From Lysobacterales bacterium (GTDB lineage: Bacteria; Pseudomonadota; Gammaproteobacteria; Xanthomonadales; SZUA-38): a stretch of DNA of 64,000 bases. Both the position numbers and the translations under genes were made by a program. Positions 63,574 through 64,000 of this stretch are shown here, piece after piece (position 1 is the first letter of the stretch; each line of letters starts with the position of its first letter). The notes below the pieces were generated by a model. The model was given only the letters and a program-made list of their open reading frames with translations. It made no database searches and was not told the DNA's origin. Location: assembly GCA_028285525.1 (NCBI GenBank), contig JANQOZ010000102.1:21888-85887 (forward strand), given 5' to 3'.

Positions 63574-64000
63574 CTAGGTACTCATCGACCCGCAAACCGG
63601 CGCTTTCCAAGCGAGCGACCGGTGGGCCGCAGTCAGCGCGTCGATTTCCTGGTAAACGGCTTGCGGCCAGGGTGCGGTCCTACGAGACTCCAGATTCACG
63701 TGGGCCGTCACGAACTCCATGGAGCTGGCTAGCGTGCCCTGTGGCTCATTCACCATAAACCACATGCCGTGTACCCGTTTTTCATGTCCGCCTAGAAAGC
63801 GCCCATAAATCGAAACGTCTTCGCCCACCAGGACCTCAGCCTGGTAGTGCAAATGATGCTCCAGGTCGAAAATCCCGCAACGCTCCGTCTGCATGTACCT
63901 CTGGTCGACACCCATGGTCGCAAAAAACGCCCATCCAGCCTCGTCGTAAAGACCCATATAGTGTTGGATGTTGATATGGCCGTTGACGTCCTCAAATTCG
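63574..64000 (-). CDS. hotdog-fold thioesterase-like protein (5' end outside window)
   Basis: The reading frame stays open upstream of the annotated Met to the window edge (EFEDVNGHINIQHYMGLYDE...). The 4HBT-like length and pattern are only weakly recognised. Confidence 0.5.
   Translation of the reverse strand, partial: EFEDVNGHINIQHYMGLYDEAGWAFFATMGVDQRYMQTERCGIFDLEHHLHYQAEVLVGEDVSIYGRFLGGHEKRVHGMWFMVNEPQGTLASSMEFVTAHVNLESRRTAPWPQAVYQEIDALTAAHRSLAWKAPVCGSMST

Overview
This is a GC-rich (about 60% in sampled lines) proteobacterial chromosome segment; a marine gammaproteobacterial origin is only my guess. No database search or tool was run, so every functional call comes from motifs read by eye in the ORF track and DNA.

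The left two thirds (about 1.9-44 kb) is a mosaic accessory region anchored on a tRNA-Thr(UGU) gene. The last 47 nt of that tRNA recur four more times as direct repeats. Each copy sits in a conserved module of about 0.45 kb, and together they delimit cassettes that have no intact integrase.

Cargo of the accessory region:
- Two Imm11/DUF1629-like genes and several other small immunity-like genes, some preceded by toxin-tail stubs.
- A 4675-aa Sec-signal Rhs/YD polymorphic toxin whose 154-aa C-terminal domain has a His...Asn-Cys signature (PPPDE/LRAT-like), followed 2 nt later by a 213-aa putative immunity gene.
- Two inverted 966-aa BNR/Asp-box + Calx-beta paralogues.
- A decayed HigB-like toxin with an intact HTH antitoxin.
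- A truncated tyrosine integrase and an IS3 remnant.
- A REP/RAYT system: two intact Y1-transposase genes flanked by inverted 23-nt REPs, three 3'-end remnants, and ten REP copies.
- A second REP-like palindrome family that marks cassette borders.

The right third (44-64 kb) looks like core genome: a Ser/Thr kinase with TPR repeats, an FG-GAP protein, glutaminase, a DPP-IV/S9 peptidase fused to cyclophilin, a TonB-dependent receptor, a large CarboxypepD_reg-repeat protein, purU and a thioesterase. There is no rRNA and no CRISPR array.
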